The notes under the pieces: generated by a model
The model's database searches: none
Seen by the model: only the letters and a program-made list of their open reading frames with translations
Told to the model about the DNA's origin: nothing
Position numbers and translations under genes: made by a program
NCBI GenBank assembly: GCA_027036135.1
Contig: JALVSY010000016.1
Coordinates: 416,001-480,000 of the forward strand
DNA length: 64,000 nt
Direction: 5' to 3'
Source: Pyrodictiaceae archaeon
Lineage (GTDB): Archaea; Thermoproteota; Thermoprotei_A; Sulfolobales; Pyrodictiaceae
Part shown: positions 40,621 through 50,005 of the stretch, one piece after another
Numbering within the stretch: the first letter of the stretch is position 1
Layout: each line of letters begins with the position of its first letter

Positions 40621-43600
40621 CTATATCCTTGGCTCTAGTACTCCCTTCTCTATTAACCGTATCAGTACCCGCCTCGCCTCATCAGCCTCGAGGCCCAGTC
40701 TCTCGGCGACAAGTTGCACTGCTTCACGGAATAGGAGCTCTCCTCTACGCCTCCTCTCCCTCACTATTTCCTGGTAGGCCTTCAGCTCCTCGGCTCCGAG
40801 TACCCTGGCTTCCTCGATCAGCCTCCGCAAAGTCTCTAGGTGGGATCTCATCGCCTTTATCGTTGCGAACACGTCACCCCTCTTCTCGGGCCGTGGCGGC
40901 TCCCGGCCTATCGCGCGCAGGGCCTCCTCGAGCGCGGCTGCCTCAGCCTCGAGGCTAGCTAGTACCCGCTTAGCCTCAGCCTCTGCCTCCCGGAGCACAC
41001 GTTGGCCGCGGTCAAGACTGTCCCGTAGTATTGTGCGAGCGCTCTCCACGAGGCTCCTGGCAGCGCGGACGGCCTCGAGCACATCACTGCTATGCATCCG
41101 TAGCGTCTCCAGCGCCTTGTTCTTCATAGCCTCTGCCTGGCCCAGTGCAGAGTCCAGGTCGCTTAGGGCCTCTCCCAGCATAGCTGCCTGGGCAAGCGCA
41201 GCCTCCTTCGCCTCCTCGTATGCACGGGCAAGTGCCTTGTACCAGCTCCTCGCAGCCACAAGGCTCTCCTCAAGCCCAGCAAGCTCCTCTAGGAGGCGCG
41301 TTACTTGCTCATCTAGTTCTACAAGTGGGCGCCTAGCCTCCTCGAGGCTCCTCCGCAGCGCCTTGACGAGCTCCTCTAGCTCCTCTACGCTTAGCTCCTC
41401 TGCGCCCTTGGCCTCGAAGCCTGGGAGCGCTAGTTTCTCGGGAGGTATCTTGACTCCTAGCTTGCCTAGTTTCTCCGAGAGTTTCTCTGCTAATCTACGC
41501 GTCTCTGCAGTATCCTCGAGTATTCTCCTCACAGACTCCAGTATGGCCTCGAGCCTTGCTAGGAGCTGCTCTATGCGGGGCTCCAGCCTAGGCCCGGTCT
41601 CAGCCAGCTGTACTATTCCCAGTTCTTCCAGCCTCTTGTAGAGAAGGTATAGCTTATAGTTGTAGTGAATCACGGGGCCGAGCCCATTAACATAGAATGG
41701 TGTATAGCGCCCGGGGTCCCGTGGATGCTTCTTCTTGGCCTCGTCCCATATCCTAGCAATGTTCTTCTCTAGCTCCTCCTCGCTGAGGTGCAGCCTCTCT
41801 ATCTCCTCGAAGACGCTTAGCGCGCCCTTGAGTCTCTCAATGACCGGTGTCCTAACCCTAACTCGTTTCCCGAGTAGGGTCTCTAGCTGCGAGCTAAGAG
41901 CCTCTACGAGCTCCCCCGCCCTCCTAGTGGTGTTCTCTATCTCTGCCCGTAGCCTCCTAGCATCCTCGGCTGCTCTAGCCACGTGGGCTGAGAGAACCTC
42001 GTCCCTCACGTAGGTAGCTGTATCGTATACTAGGCGTGCGAGCCGGAGGCTCATTAAGCGGTTCCCAGCCCTCAGCGCCTCCACCGCTGTATCGAGTAGC
42101 GCTCTCATCTTCTTCGTGAACTCCTCTAGGCTACCAGCTCGATAATCCCTAGCCTTAGCCGAGACCACTAGCCCCCATGTAGCCGCTACTGGGTTCTTCT
42201 CTATCTCCTCGATTACCTGTCTGGCCTCCTCTACTAGTCTCCAAGCATCCTCGTCGCTATCCGTCAGCCTTAGCCTCGCTCTCTCTGCGTCAACACGCCT
42301 ACTAGACCCAGAGGCCGTGACCACTAATCCCCTATAGAGGAGGCTCTGGAGAATCATCCGCCGGGTACCAGGGTTACGGGCAGCCATTACTAGGTGGTCC
42401 CATATCTGCGAGGCCTGTACCTCGCGGTTTCTTGCATCGAGTTGCTCTAGTACACGTATGACGGCTTTCTCGAAGGGGCTCAGCACGTCTATGTATACGC
42501 TCCCGTTCCTCTTCTCGAGGAACCCGTTCGCCGCCAAGAGCGTCATGTACCTCTCGAGGGTTGTGTACTCGTTGCGATCAATATCGGGGCTGAGTAGGCC
42601 TCTCCCCTCGCCGCCTTGTCCACGATAGAGGTGGTATCTCATAACGTACTCGTAGGCAGCGTTAAGGGCCTCCTGTACAGTGGCCCTAGTACTCGGGGCT
42701 ACTAGGAAGTAGCGTAGCGCTCCACTAAGCTCAGTGGGGCGCTCAACATCGTAGCCCAGTGCTGGGTCGCGGATGATTATTGGTGTATTGTCCACGCCTT
42801 CCTCGAGGCCCCTTATGAGTCTCTCCTTTATCCTTAGCTCCTCGCCTAGTTCTCTCAAGAGATTAGTTAGGCGTAGCGGGTCTAGGCCAGCTGCCTCGGC
42901 CTCTCCGGGTTCTCTCACTACTCGGTCTATGTTCCTGAGGGCCTCCTCTACTCCTCCATAGGCATCGCTCATTCTTATCCCGAGTGCCTGTAGCCTTACA
43001 CGGGTCATCATGGAGTCTATCGGGGCTCTCACTATTTTTACGAAGAATTTTGCCTCAAGGGCCTCTAGTATCCTCTCAGCCTGCGGCTCAACACCACCGT
43101 GGTAGACTAGGAGTATTGCATGGGGCCTCCAGTTAGTCATGAGGGCTGTTAGTAGCTGGCTCTCAAGCCTCTTAGCCTCAGCGCTCGTTACCTGGCCCGG
43201 TACCGTGTAGAGCATTAGCCTCGCCGTGGCGTCACCGAGGAGCCTAAGAGTTACACGGGCTACTCCATCGCCCTGTACAGCTGGCTCAGCGGCAAGCATG
43301 CCCTCGCTCGCTAGTAGCGCTGCTATGCCTAGGAGGAGGTGCTGCTTACCTGCCTCGGTGTAGACTCTGCGAATAATCCTTAGCCTCTCGACGCGATCAG
43401 CTATGAAGTCCAGGTAGTGTAGCTCAGGGCTCACGTAGAGTACTCGCTGCATCTTGGGAGAGAGGAGTAGTGTGTGCTCGCCGCGCATAGGGAGTAGTTT
43501 CGAGAACAAGCCCTCCCACAGTATACCAGCTAGTCTCTCGGCCTCGGAGCGGCTAAGCTCGATCGGCGCTGCATCCGCTACTAGTAGGACGGCATCCTCC

Positions 43601-45060
43601 TCGCTAGGAGGCGTAGCAACGACTAGGCGGCCAGCAGGGTCGAGGTAGACGAGGCTATCCAGTAGCTTCTCGAGTGGCCTAGCCTCGTCCCTTGGTGCTA
43701 GCTGGGGCATCAGCTTAGCTACCTCTGGCTCTACCCCGCGGAGGAGCTTGAACGCGTCCTCCACAGCTGGTACCAGGACGACGCTGTGGACTAGGCGCTG
43801 GACACCCAGCTCTCTACGAGGCCATGCTTGTTCACCGTACATGTTGAGTTCTCTCACAGCCTCGGCTAGGAGCTCTCTGCGGAGACTAGTAGCCTCTACT
43901 AGCTGTTGCCAAGTAGCAGCGCCCCGCGCCACTAGCTCGTCAAGTACCCTCCTAGCCCGGGACGGGTCTAGGCCAGCGAGCTTAGCCCTAGCCTCCCAGC
44001 CATCGATTAGCCTCGCATAGGCCTCAGAGTTTATCGCGGGTATCTCTGCGCCCCCGACGCTTAGCTTGAGGCTCTCAAGCGCCTCCAACAACTCCTCTGT
44101 ATCAAGTATAGCGACGGCGTCGCCACAGCCTCTCCGGCCACGGCTCCACGATACCAGGTAGCGGAAGGCAGACACTATGGCGCCCATGTTGCCGAGGCTA
44201 CTGGAGACAACCGCGTTGGCCAAGCCGTGGTCAACTAGTAGTGCGTCGAGTCCCTCTCCGAGAGAGTAGCGCGAGAGACTCTCGAGGAACGCGAATGCCT
44301 CTCTACGGCTAAGCGGTTGAACCCATATAGTCCTCACCCGTCTCTTGAGACGAGCGGCTATCGTGGCGAAGTCCCTTAGCCCCATGAGCCTACTATAAGC
44401 GGGTGGAGTAAGGCTAGCAACCACGTGGAACCTACCGCTTAGGCACTTCTCTCCCCTGCACCGAGCAGAGACAAGCTCGATGTCACCGTTGAGGAGCCCC
44501 ACTAGCCCAGCAACGATTACTCCTAGCTCCTCCTCGGAGGCCGAGGCGACTAAGTCCTCAAGCTCGTCTATGAACACTATTACGCCCCTGCCCTTGCCTG
44601 CTAGCTCCTCGAGTACGCGCTCCACGTAGTCACGTAGACTGGGAGCCGCGTCAGGTGGTCCGAAGCGTGCAAGGAGCCCGGCATTCTCGAGCCCAGCTGC
44701 GAGCAGAGCAGCCGCGAGGCGATAGGCTGGATCCTTTTCCGAGCGCTGACGAAGAGCCCCGAGGTGAGCTTGTATAGTAGCTGCCCTTGTCTCGAGTGTT
44801 AGCCAGCCACGTCGCTCAGCCCATGGCTTGACCCGGGCATTATAGATGCTTGTCTTGCCCTCACCCCACTCAGCTACTAGCATTACTAGTACGGGGTCAC
44901 TGCTCTTCTCTAGCTCGTTAAGCGCCTCAGCTACTTGCTGATAGACTCGCTGCCTGCTAGGCAGTGGCGGGATGTACTCGTCTAGCATCCCGGCATCGGT
45001 GCCAGTTAGGCTCGGTAGCCTCCGGGGTACAGCGCCGCACCCGGGACTCCTAGTAGCCAT
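40621..45060 (-). CDS. Giant (1479 aa) P-loop ATPase with winged-helix-like segments and long coiled coil; function unknown
   Basis: Walker A AEWGEGKTS, Walker B VIVFIDELED, RLKRR possible arginine finger; helical coiled-coil C-terminal third; terminal wHTH-like segment. Confidence 0.75.
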   Translation of the reverse strand: MATRSPGCGAVPRRLPSLTGTDAGMLDEYIPPLPSRQRVYQQVAEALNELEKSSDPVLVMLVAEWGEGKTSIYNARVKPWAERRGWLTLETRAATIQAHLGALRQRSEKDPAYRLAAALLAAGLENAGLLARFGPPDAAPSLRDYVERVLEELAGKGRGVIVFIDELEDLVASASEEELGVIVAGLVGLLNGDIELVSARCRGEKCLSGRFHVVASLTPPAYSRLMGLRDFATIAARLKRRVRTIWVQPLSRREAFAFLESLSRYSLGEGLDALLVDHGLANAVVSSSLGNMGAIVSAFRYLVSWSRGRRGCGDAVAILDTEELLEALESLKLSVGGAEIPAINSEAYARLIDGWEARAKLAGLDPSRARRVLDELVARGAATWQQLVEATSLRRELLAEAVRELNMYGEQAWPRRELGVQRLVHSVVLVPAVEDAFKLLRGVEPEVAKLMPQLAPRDEARPLEKLLDSLVYLDPAGRLVVATPPSEEDAVLLVADAAPIELSRSEAERLAGILWEGLFSKLLPMRGEHTLLLSPKMQRVLYVSPELHYLDFIADRVERLRIIRRVYTEAGKQHLLLGIAALLASEGMLAAEPAVQGDGVARVTLRLLGDATARLMLYTVPGQVTSAEAKRLESQLLTALMTNWRPHAILLVYHGGVEPQAERILEALEAKFFVKIVRAPIDSMMTRVRLQALGIRMSDAYGGVEEALRNIDRVVREPGEAEAAGLDPLRLTNLLRELGEELRIKERLIRGLEEGVDNTPIIIRDPALGYDVERPTELSGALRYFLVAPSTRATVQEALNAAYEYVMRYHLYRGQGGEGRGLLSPDIDRNEYTTLERYMTLLAANGFLEKRNGSVYIDVLSPFEKAVIRVLEQLDARNREVQASQIWDHLVMAARNPGTRRMILQSLLYRGLVVTASGSSRRVDAERARLRLTDSDEDAWRLVEEARQVIEEIEKNPVAATWGLVVSAKARDYRAGSLEEFTKKMRALLDTAVEALRAGNRLMSLRLARLVYDTATYVRDEVLSAHVARAAEDARRLRAEIENTTRRAGELVEALSSQLETLLGKRVRVRTPVIERLKGALSVFEEIERLHLSEEELEKNIARIWDEAKKKHPRDPGRYTPFYVNGLGPVIHYNYKLYLLYKRLEELGIVQLAETGPRLEPRIEQLLARLEAILESVRRILEDTAETRRLAEKLSEKLGKLGVKIPPEKLALPGFEAKGAEELSVEELEELVKALRRSLEEARRPLVELDEQVTRLLEELAGLEESLVAARSWYKALARAYEEAKEAALAQAAMLGEALSDLDSALGQAEAMKNKALETLRMHSSDVLEAVRAARSLVESARTILRDSLDRGQRVLREAEAEAKRVLASLEAEAAALEEALRAIGREPPRPEKRGDVFATIKAMRSHLETLRRLIEEARVLGAEELKAYQEIVRERRRRGELLFREAVQLVAERLGLEADEARRVLIRLIEKGVLEPRI

Positions 45061-45082
45061 TAGTCCCCCTAGCTAGAAGAAG

Positions 45083-45130
45083 AGCGGTAACACACGTACA
45101 ACGACACCCATAAACGAGCAGCGGTAACAC
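45083..45130. promoter_or_regulatory. 11-bp direct repeat AGCGGTAACAC (x2) in the divergent promoter region
   Basis: Copies at 45083-45093 and 45120-45130, next to TATA-like elements. Confidence 0.4.
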
Positions 45131-45246
45131 CGTATATACACCAGTACTATTCCCTGTCCGGCAAAGCTTCGCCAGAGTCTTACATGATAGGTGCTCGTAT
45201 AGCCTAGAACTAGTTTTTTGAACCAAGAAACACCCACTACGAAACC

Positions 45247-46215
45247 ATGGTGACCCTCTTCTTGCGCAGCAACGGCCCGCTCCTAGTGCTAGCCCTCGGC
45301 GGCAACGCTTTCATGAGAAAGGGCGAGGGGATAGAGAAGCAATGGGACAACGTGCGCACAGCAGCTAAGGCAATAGTAGAGCTTGTTGAGAAAGGGTACC
45401 GCGTGGTAGTAACCCATGGTAATGGGCCGCAGGTAGGTCTCATACTCGAGTGGATTCACAAGGTCTCGCCTCACCTAGCGAGTGCTCTTACAATGGACAT
45501 AGCGGGGGCGATGACGCAGGGATGGCTAGGCTACATGCTCCAACAAGCAATAGGCAACGAGCTAGAGGAGCGAGGCCTATCGAGAAGAGTAGCAACAATA
45601 GTAACACAAGTACTTGTTGATAAGAATGATCCAGCATTCGCTAACCCTACTAAGTATGTGGGCAGCTATTATGACTGCAAAGAGGCAGCGGATATAGCTA
45701 GGAAGACGGGCTGGGTGTTCAAGCCCGACCCCCGGGGCGGTTGTAGGAGAGTAGTACCGAGCCCACGGCCGCTAGAGGTAGTTGAGCTAGACGCTATAAA
45801 GAAGCTAGTAGGAAGCGACTACATAGTGGTAGCGGTTGGTGGTGGAGGAGTACCCGTTGTCAGGGAGAACCATGTGCTCCGAGGAGTAGAAGCGGTAATA
45901 GACAAGGACTTGGCCTCAAGCCTCCTCGCTAGGAGCATAGGAGCAGACATATTCGTCATACTAACCGATGTAGACCACGTTTACATAGATTATGGGAAGC
46001 CGTCCCAAAAGCCGCTAAAACTGCTAACAACTAGTGAGGCGAGGAGACTCCTAGAGGAGGGCCAGTTCCCACCAGGCAGCATGGGGCCAAAGGTACAGGC
46101 AGCAATAGAGTTCGTAGAGGCGCGGGGAGACAACGCCTACGCAGCAATAGGAAGGCTAGAGGAAGCACTAGACGTCGTAGAGGGCAGGAAGGGCACTAAG
46201 ATAATCAAGGGCTAG
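45247..46215 (+). CDS. arcC: Carbamate kinase
   Basis: ALGGNA, THGNGPQVG, NPTKYVG, RRVVPSP, GGGGVPV, EAVIDKD, GSMGPKV. Confidence 0.95.
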   Translation: MVTLFLRSNGPLLVLALGGNAFMRKGEGIEKQWDNVRTAAKAIVELVEKGYRVVVTHGNGPQVGLILEWIHKVSPHLASALTMDIAGAMTQGWLGYMLQQAIGNELEERGLSRRVATIVTQVLVDKNDPAFANPTKYVGSYYDCKEAADIARKTGWVFKPDPRGGCRRVVPSPRPLEVVELDAIKKLVGSDYIVVAVGGGGVPVVRENHVLRGVEAVIDKDLASSLLARSIGADIFVILTDVDHVYIDYGKPSQKPLKLLTTSEARRLLEEGQFPPGSMGPKVQAAIEFVEARGDNAYAAIGRLEEALDVVEGRKGTKIIKG

Positions 46216-46236
46216 GGCCGAGATAGGGATAGCTCA

Positions 46237-47085
46237 TCACTCCTCTACTATCTCTCCCGCGAGAAGCTCTACCCCGAGCTTACTAGCCATCTCCTTAGCA
46301 TCCCTCGTAGCCTCTATCGCTAAGAGCATGCGCCTAGTAGCACTCTTGCCCAGTATGCGCTCAGCTACCCTTGTCTTCTCATGGAACCATAGCACGTCAT
46401 CGGGCTCAGCATACGCCTTAACCTCCAACAACCACAACTCATCGTCGTGAACATAGATGTCTATCTCGATTACAGCACCCCTAGCAATATACCTGCCATC
46501 AACATCAACGTACTGTAGCCTCTGCACACTAAGCGGCTTAATACCATGCCTCTCCAGTAAGTCTCGATAAATCTCCCTAATAAGGCCCTCCATCCTCATA
46601 CCCAGCCGGCGACTAAGAGCGCCAACACTCCTCTTGAGACCCTCAACGCTCTTCTCAAGCCTCCTCTGCCCCTCCATAAGCTCGGCAAACCTCTCCTCGA
46701 GTCTTTGTTGGCGCTCTTCTAGTCGTGCAAACCTTTCTTCTAATCGCTGCTGTCTCTCCGCGAGCTTCTTGAACTCCTCCTCTAGTTGCGCGAATCTCTC
46801 CTCTAATTGCGCAAATCGTTCCTCGAGCTTCTGTTGCCGCTCCTCGATCCTAGCGAATCGTTCCTCCAGTTTCCTGAACTCCTCTTCTAGCCTTAGCTGC
46901 CTCTCCTCAATACTTGCGAACCTCTCCTCAAGCCTTTGCTGGCACTCCTCAAGCCTACTAAACCTCTCCAAAAGCTCCCGGAAACCAAGTAGCCCCATAA
47001 CAGCGTAGCGGAACTTACGGTCAGACTCAAGAAGCCTCAATACCCGCTCCTTGAACTCGGCATCAGAGCCACTATTAATGGACAC
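46237..47085 (-). CDS. Heptad-repeat coiled-coil protein with C-terminal PD-(D/E)XK nuclease domain (DUF3782-like)
   Basis: LEERF heptads followed by IEIDIYV...LLEVK; paralogue of 11815-12741. Confidence 0.82.
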   Translation of the reverse strand: MSINSGSDAEFKERVLRLLESDRKFRYAVMGLLGFRELLERFSRLEECQQRLEERFASIEERQLRLEEEFRKLEERFARIEERQQKLEERFAQLEERFAQLEEEFKKLAERQQRLEERFARLEERQQRLEERFAELMEGQRRLEKSVEGLKRSVGALSRRLGMRMEGLIREIYRDLLERHGIKPLSVQRLQYVDVDGRYIARGAVIEIDIYVHDDELWLLEVKAYAEPDDVLWFHEKTRVAERILGKSATRRMLLAIEATRDAKEMASKLGVELLAGEIVEE

Positions 47086-47294
47086 AGCTACCTACCCTTC
47101 TCTTCCCCCATAGTGCTAGGAAAGGGATGCGCTCCCTCCTATAAGTATCTAGGAACTTAAAGCGACATAGAATGCTGACCTTGCTCTCTGCGAGAACAAC
47201 GAGAACCAGGTTATCGCTACATGTATACGGGATGGCCAATAAATAAAAGAGAACCTAGTTCATGATGCGTTGTGCCCGGTTGTTATCCGGTACT

Positions 47295-47726
47295 TTATTG
47301 CTTCTTGGCCTCAGCGGCGGGCTTGTATAGTGGGCATAGGCCGCAGAACCATGGAGCCTTCGCGACATTCACTCGGTAGACTTCGCCATCGCTTACAACG
47401 TATTCCTCTCCTAGCTGCTTTGCCGCTTCCTTGCTAAGCCTCCAGAGCTTGCAAACTCCGTTCTCCCTGTAGATACATGTCTGGGACTTCCACGCTCCTA
47501 TCATTGCTGCTATTCTCTGGAAAGCCTCGAGCTTCGAGACCCTTGACTCGTAGAGGCTTAGGGAGGCAGCATAGCCCTCCACGATCTCCTGGAGCGACTT
47601 TACCTCAAAGCCTATTTTCTCTACACGTTCCTCAAGCTCTTCTAGTCTCTCACTCGTCTCGCTTACAACGTCCTTCTCGGGCTCAATTAGCGGGAACACT
47701 CTCTTCTCCTCCAAGCTTATAGACAT
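47295..47726 (-). CDS. Hypothetical coiled-coil protein with C-terminal Cys4 (putative zinc) domain
   Basis: Coiled-coil N-terminus; C-x6-C ... PWFCGLCPLY; start at MSISLEE preferred. Confidence 0.6.
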   Translation of the reverse strand: MSISLEEKRVFPLIEPEKDVVSETSERLEELEERVEKIGFEVKSLQEIVEGYAASLSLYESRVSKLEAFQRIAAMIGAWKSQTCIYRENGVCKLWRLSKEAAKQLGEEYVVSDGEVYRVNVAKAPWFCGLCPLYKPAAEAKKQ

Positions 47727-47917
47727 CCCACGGCTCACCCCGCACATCCAAGGAGAGGAACGATTTTCCTCGCTCTCCCCGGGGCTGCACCCGTCGTAGA
47801 GTATCGTGAAGAGGAGCAGCGTCAAGCACTAGGCCCCGATAATACCAGGCAACGTGGACAGCGACACCAGAGTAATGAACAACCCCTGCCCAGAGCAACG
47901 CCTCCGGGTACACCGGT

Positions 47918-48343
47918 ATGGGTGTAGAGAAGTGGCTAGCCTACTCCCTAGCCTCGCTAATCCTATGGGGCGCCTGGGGCATACTCGTCAAGTACGTGTC
48001 AGAGACCCTTAATTGGTGACAACTATACTTCTACAGCGGCCTAGCAACAATAACCCTAGTACTCCTCATAGCACTGACCACATCTCACAACGTATTATCG
48101 GTGAGTCCCCGCAACGCGGCGCTAGCAGTACTAGCCGGGGTCTTCGGAGCAACCGGGTACGTAGCAATGATAAAAGCCCTCGAAGCAGGAGGCAAAGCCT
48201 CAATAGTAGTGCCGCTAACATCACTCTACCCAGCAGTAACAGTAATCCTAGCCTGGCTCCTCCTCGGAGAAAGAATAACCCCCAGCAAGGCAACCGGAAT
48301 AATACTAGCACTAATAGCGATATACCTCTTCTCAAGGCCTTAG
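47918..48343 (+). pseudogene. EamA/DMT-family transporter with in-frame TGA
   Basis: MGVEKWLAYSLASLILWGAWGILVK... TGA at 48017-48019, then the same frame continues to KASIVVPLTSLYP...LLGERIT. Confidence 0.75.
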
Positions 48344-48981
48344 TTCTTCTTCATGAAGGCGTCTAGGCCTAGCTGCCTCGTCCTCTCCTCCGTCTTCCTA
48401 AGCGATTCCAGTTTCTCGAGAATGTGCTTAGGTGGTGCTGGCTTCTCGCCCCTCAGTAGCTTAGCGAAGAACGTGTCCCTCACGGGCTCATAGACTAGTT
48501 TGTAGAAGCGCTGGGGGTCTCGGAGCACCCACTCGGGGAACAACGAGACGTACTCGAGGGCCGCCCTCCAGGCCCTATCCCAGTCCATTAGCTTCGAGAC
48601 CTTGTACCTGACCTCCTTGTCAAAGTCGCGCGGCGTCTGCTCCTGACCTCCTATCATGAACCAGCCGCGCCTACTTACCTGGACGCACTCTCCCAGAACC
48701 TCCACCATGCCCTCCGGGCACTTCTCTCCCGGCCTTCTCTTAGCAGCTTTGCGCAATAACTGCTCAAGGGTAACGTTGTAGCGGGGATACCGGGGCCCAT
48801 AGTGCTTAGCCCACGCGTAGAAAATGGCACGGTTAAGCCCAAAGCTCTTAGCCTTGTCAAGATCCTTCTCCAGTACATAGTACCTTGCCGCCTGGAGCAA
48901 AGCCATTACTTGGAAACGCCCAACACCAGCCAGTTTCAACAAGTCCTCTGGCCGAGGCAAACCCGGCGCCACCTCTCCCAT
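48340..48981 (-). CDS. Conserved hypothetical protein
   Basis: 213-aa ORF with GRFQVMALLQAAR and SFGLNRAIFYAWAK; function unknown. Confidence 0.7.
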   Translation of the reverse strand: MGEVAPGLPRPEDLLKLAGVGRFQVMALLQAARYYVLEKDLDKAKSFGLNRAIFYAWAKHYGPRYPRYNVTLEQLLRKAAKRRPGEKCPEGMVEVLGECVQVSRRGWFMIGGQEQTPRDFDKEVRYKVSKLMDWDRAWRAALEYVSLFPEWVLRDPQRFYKLVYEPVRDTFFAKLLRGEKPAPPKHILEKLESLRKTEERTRQLGLDAFMKKN

Positions 48982-49111
48982 GGATAAGCATAGCTAGGTG
49001 AGAGGCAATAGCCCCGGAGAAACCATAGTGATGTAACGCCTTTAATACGGGTACAGGCTAGACTAGATACACTTCATGGGGACACGCGGGCCAGGGAAGG
49101 GTTTTCCGGCT

Positions 49112-49199
49112 GCGGGGGTGCCCGAGCCAGGTCGAAGGGGGCGGGCTCAAGACCCGCTGGCGTAGGCCGGCGTGGGTTCAAATCCCACCCCCCGCACCA
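49112..49199 (+). tRNA. tRNA-Leu(CAA), intronless, CCA encoded
   Basis: Acceptor GCGGGGG/CCCCCGC-A-CCA, D-arm, anticodon arm GCGGG-CTCAAGA-CCCGC, long variable arm, T-loop GGTTCAAATCC. Confidence 0.96.
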
Positions 49200-49449
49200 C
49201 ATTCTCCTCTAATTTAGCTCTCTCGTTGCAAAGTTTCCCTCTGAATAAAATAATGCCTTGGCGTCTTCTTTCAAGTATAGCTTCGCTGATACTAGCATTC
49301 AACGAGTTGGTTTCATGGAGGATTTTAGGCTTAGGACGGGGAGGCTAACACAATTATCGTGGCGAGCTGATGTCATGGGCATCTATGGTGTATAAGTAGT
49401 TACGTTTATCCCTCTCTTTTGCCTTGTTTCCTAGAATGGGGCTGGTGCT

Positions 49450-49758
49450 GTGTCGCTTATTAATCGCCTTCTTGAGGAAATGGATAAGGAGCCCGAAGCC
49501 GCTAAGAAGCTTGCCAAGAGACTAGCAGCTGATATTGCCTCAGAGGGGTCCCTAAGAAGCCTATTATTAGAGGCGCTGCTTAGAGAGGCCGCTACTAAGG
49601 ATGACATAGCGAGACTTGAACAGCGACTTGGAGAGAGAATAGATCGGTTAGAGGAGCGCATGGATAGTCTCATTAAGTGGATTATAGGGCTTCTTGTGAC
49701 TATATGGGGCACAGTAGCCGTGATAGGCTTGGCGGTGCTAAGGGTGCTAGCGCACTAA
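49450..49758 (+). CDS. Short coiled-coil protein with C-terminal TM anchor (ATK.DI motif family)
   Basis: EAATKDDIARLEQRLGERIDRLEERMD followed by KWIIGLLVTIW hydrophobic tail. Confidence 0.7.
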   Translation: MSLINRLLEEMDKEPEAAKKLAKRLAADIASEGSLRSLLLEALLREAATKDDIARLEQRLGERIDRLEERMDSLIKWIIGLLVTIWGTVAVIGLAVLRVLAH

Positions 49759-50005
49759 GGGTCTTTGTTCTCTATGCTTATGCTCTTACTTTACTATTAT
49801 TGTCTCTTTCTTGGCAAGAGACCTTGTTTTCATAGACAATAGGCCTTATTAGCAGTGGTGGCGGGAATGATAGTAATGATAGTAATAAGGGGGAACGAGA
49901 TGTCGTTCTTCTCCCCTTGTGCTTTTAGGAGATACTAACAAGATAGATAGAGAAATAGAAAAGTGCATAGTAGTAACCATTTAATGCACAATGAATCTCC
50001 TTACG

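Noticed and set aside
40621-45060. SMC/Rad50 call for the giant coiled-coil ATPase
   Set aside because: Walker A and B are both N-terminal; there is no C-terminal LSGG signature and no evident hinge or zinc hook
48017-48019. TGA as a selenocysteine codon
   Set aside because: Non-catalytic position in a transporter, no SECIS-like element recognised, and Sec is not known in this lineage
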